From: a virus | Taxonomy: Duplodnaviria > Caudoviricetes | Virus record (IMG/VR): IMGVR_UViG_3300048848_000056 | Coordinates: 1-26,046 of that record | Direction: 5' to 3' (one strand) | DNA: 26,046 nt | Part shown: positions 23,815 through 26,046 of the stretch, in pieces | How positions within the stretch are numbered: position 1 is the stretch's first letter | Layout of the letters: each line of letters starts with the position of its first letter | The notes under the pieces: model-generated | What the model was told of the DNA's origin: nothing | The model's database searches: none | Seen by the model: only the letters and a program-made list of their open reading frames with translations | Translations under genes and position numbers: made by a program

Positions 23815-24684
23815 TCAGGACATTGCGCGAAGGAGCAGGTCTTCCTGTTCCTTGGTGATGCCGGCCTGCTGGTCGGCGTGTCCCTCGGCTCGACGCGCTT
23901 CGGGGGTGATCTCGCGAAACAGATCTTTCCGCTCGGCACGCGGCATTCCCTGCTTCTCGAGAAACTTGTCGAGCGACGCCTTGTCGCTCGGAAAATGGTC
24001 ATCGGCGGACGCGTAGACGGGCATCTGCGCCTCGCGCTCGATCAGAGCATCGGCGAGACCGGCGTCGATTGCCTCCTGGCCCCGGAAGAACACGTCCTTG
24101 CCGGCGATCAACGCTTCGAACTCGGATGCGGGCCGACCTGATCGGGCCGCGTAGGTCTCGCACATGGCGCTATCCAGATGCGCCAGAGTCTCCCAAGCGT
24201 CCTTCATCTCTGACTTGGTACCAAGGAAGAACCCGCGCGCCTCGTGGATCATGATCTCGGCGTTCGCTGCGATCTCGATCCGATCGCCAGCCATGGCGAT
24301 GACCGATGCGGCCGACGCCGCAACGCCCAGGACCTGGACGGTCACCTCGCGCGAGTGCCGGCGCAGCTGGTTGTAGATCGCCACACCTTCGAAGTAGTTG
24401 CCTCCCGGCGAGTTGATTTCCACGCGGATGGGCTTGTCGCCGATCGATCGTAGGGCAGCGCTGATGCGCTTTGCGGAGACGCCGCCGCCTTCGCCATCAT
24501 CGCCGATGTAGTCGAAGATGGAGATGGTCGGCTGCTCCGATGCGGCCGCCTCGACCGTGAAGTGCTTGAAGTCGTCCGCGAGGGCGCGGGTCTCGAACTT
24601 CCAATCGGAGCCCGAACCAAGGTTCGGCATCTCAGGCGGGCGGGCGGCGGCGATTACAGCTAACAGGCTAAAGCGGGTCATCAT
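23815..24684 (-). CDS. Head maturation protease, ClpP/S14 type
   Basis: INSPGG..FEG.AIYN.L, AASAAS (Ser), IMIH (His) and EA.D.GLAD motifs. Confidence 0.93.
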   Translation of the reverse strand: MMTRFSLLAVIAAARPPEMPNLGSGSDWKFETRALADDFKHFTVEAAASEQPTISIFDYIGDDGEGGGVSAKRISAALRSIGDKPIRVEINSPGGNYFEGVAIYNQLRRHSREVTVQVLGVAASAASVIAMAGDRIEIAANAEIMIHEARGFFLGTKSEMKDAWETLAHLDSAMCETYAARSGRPASEFEALIAGKDVFFRGQEAIDAGLADALIEREAQMPVYASADDHFPSDKASLDKFLEKQGMPRAERKDLFREITPEARRAEGHADQQAGITKEQEDLLLRAMS

Positions 24685-26000
24685 TGGTCCTCGACAATCG
24701 CGGCTGCTGCGGTGCCCGGGCGCGGCAGCGCAGAGCCGTCAGCGTGCGGGTTCATGTCCTGCGTCTCGCGGGCTTCGTTTTGCGTGATCCACGCCATGCC
24801 GCCACCAGAGCCCAGAGCGCGCGCCAGGAACTCCGCCTGGTCTTTCATGGAGCCGCGAAGCAGCGCGCGCTCATTGAACTTGGCGTAGAGAACGTCGCCG
24901 TTGCGGGCCTTCTTCTCCTGCCGGCTGAGGAGACGCCAGATGGCCTCCTCCCAGGTGACGAACCAAGGCAGGAGGCAGTAGACGACCATGTAGAGGCCGA
25001 GCTGCTCGATGCCGCTGCCCCAGGCGGTCTCGTCGAACATCAGCAACGGCCGGGGCACGCCGGTAAAGCGCGAGCCTTGTTCGGCCTCGAACTTGCGCAG
25101 TTCGACCAGCTGCGTGTCCTTTGCCGAACCCGAGAACGGCTTTGCGCTCATCTCCTCTTCAAGGATCATCCAGTCGCCTGCGCCTTCAGCGCCGCCGTAT
25201 TCCTCTCGAAGGCTGTCCTTCAGCCGATCGTACGCCGTATCGCTAAGCGATCCCTTGGCTTCCAGCGCGCCTCCGGCCATCACGCCTTTGCGCAGCAGGT
25301 TCGACATGGCGCGCTCGGCGAGGTGCGCGAGGCCGATCGTGTCAGCGGCAACGTCGAGCAGTCCGAGGCCATGCAAGCCGTCGAGCGACACCGGCGCCCG
25401 GAAGTGGAAGACGTCGGCAGCGGCCAGGTATTCGACCCGTCCATCTTTCGGCGAGTGCTTGAACCGGAGCGCGCCGCCGGTCAGTTCCTTGGTGACCGTT
25501 TTGCGAGCGAAAGGAACGAGTGCCTGGATATCGCCGCCAAGCCGCACCACACGAGCATAGGCGCCGCCGTCCAGAAGTGCGGCCAGTTGCATGAAGCTTT
25601 TGAACTCGCTCGGGGTCATCGCCCCGTTGCCGAGCGGGTCGAGCTTGAGCACCGAATGAAGCGGATGATCTACCGCCTTGGCCGTCGTGCCGTCTGCTTT
25701 GCGGCGGTACATGTCCAGCGGCAGCATGCCGATAGATCCTGCAATCAGCGACGAGGCCCGGAAGAACACCGAGTTGCGCATTGCCATCTTGTCGCTGACG
25801 GCGACGCCTGACAGTCCTTCCCGGCCGCCTCGCAAGAAGGAGGCCAGCATGGGATCGTCACCGCCGGTCAGATCGTGAGTCGAGTACGCGTACACCTTGC
25901 GCCGATCGAGCGCCTGAGCAGGAACGCGATCCTGAACAACTCCATTCGGTGTTGAGCGGCGGTACCCTGCGGCGCGCCGATAATCATCAGCAGACGCCAC
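24681..26000 (-). CDS. Portal protein, HK97 family
   Basis: HPL..VL...P, VFHFR....DG..G, ILEE.M, WGSGIEQ, LLRG and T.NE.R motifs; start at GTG 26000 behind AGGAGG. Confidence 0.95.
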   Translation of the reverse strand: MASADDYRRAAGYRRSTPNGVVQDRVPAQALDRRKVYAYSTHDLTGGDDPMLASFLRGGREGLSGVAVSDKMAMRNSVFFRASSLIAGSIGMLPLDMYRRKADGTTAKAVDHPLHSVLKLDPLGNGAMTPSEFKSFMQLAALLDGGAYARVVRLGGDIQALVPFARKTVTKELTGGALRFKHSPKDGRVEYLAAADVFHFRAPVSLDGLHGLGLLDVAADTIGLAHLAERAMSNLLRKGVMAGGALEAKGSLSDTAYDRLKDSLREEYGGAEGAGDWMILEEEMSAKPFSGSAKDTQLVELRKFEAEQGSRFTGVPRPLLMFDETAWGSGIEQLGLYMVVYCLLPWFVTWEEAIWRLLSRQEKKARNGDVLYAKFNERALLRGSMKDQAEFLARALGSGGGMAWITQNEARETQDMNPHADGSALPRPGTAAAAIVEDQ

Positions 26001-26011
26001 GCACCCTCCTG

Positions 26012-26046
26012 TCAAACACGGCGGATGCCGCGGCTTTCGTAGACCG
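26012..26046 (-). CDS. 3' end of probable terminase large subunit (truncated by window)
   Basis: ...VYESRGIRRV* directly upstream of the portal RBS; VYE.RG is a common TerL C-terminus. Only 10 codons are visible. Confidence 0.65.
   Translation of the reverse strand, partial: VYESRGIRRV

Noticed and set aside
11322-25811. Many long plus-strand ORFs (e.g. 463, 384, 375, 340 aa) opposite the structural genes
   Set aside because: Antisense shadows caused by high-GC codon bias; no motifs or RBS, and the minus-strand genes are clearly recognisable.

Overview
GC-rich alphaproteobacterial DNA; the sequence style and gene families suggest a sphingomonad, but this is inference. Bases 1-920 are host chromosome: the 3' end of an ABC-2 permease, hspQ and tRNA-Ser(CGA). 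From the tRNA 3' end onward the window is an integrated prophage region that continues past the right edge. Its left part is an unusual 5-kb module: P4-type integrase -> plasmid-type HTH Rep-like gene -> <- D12-class adenine methyltransferase <- second, closely related integrase. The module also holds a tRNA-like structured element beside the methyltransferase start and an att-like site cluster upstream of integrase 2. The rest is a minus-strand HK97/lambda-like siphophage late operon: TerL end, portal, ClpP-type protease, capsid, connectors, tail tube, G/GT chaperones with a -1 slippery site, tape measure with an embedded M23 peptidase, tail-tip protein and lysis genes. The most striking signal is a second, separately encoded copy of the tail tube protein (about 70% identical, ungapped) fused to an SGNH/CE6-like carbohydrate esterase and further beta-rich domains, a candidate enzyme-display tail subunit. 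All calls come from reading motifs by eye; no database searches were run.
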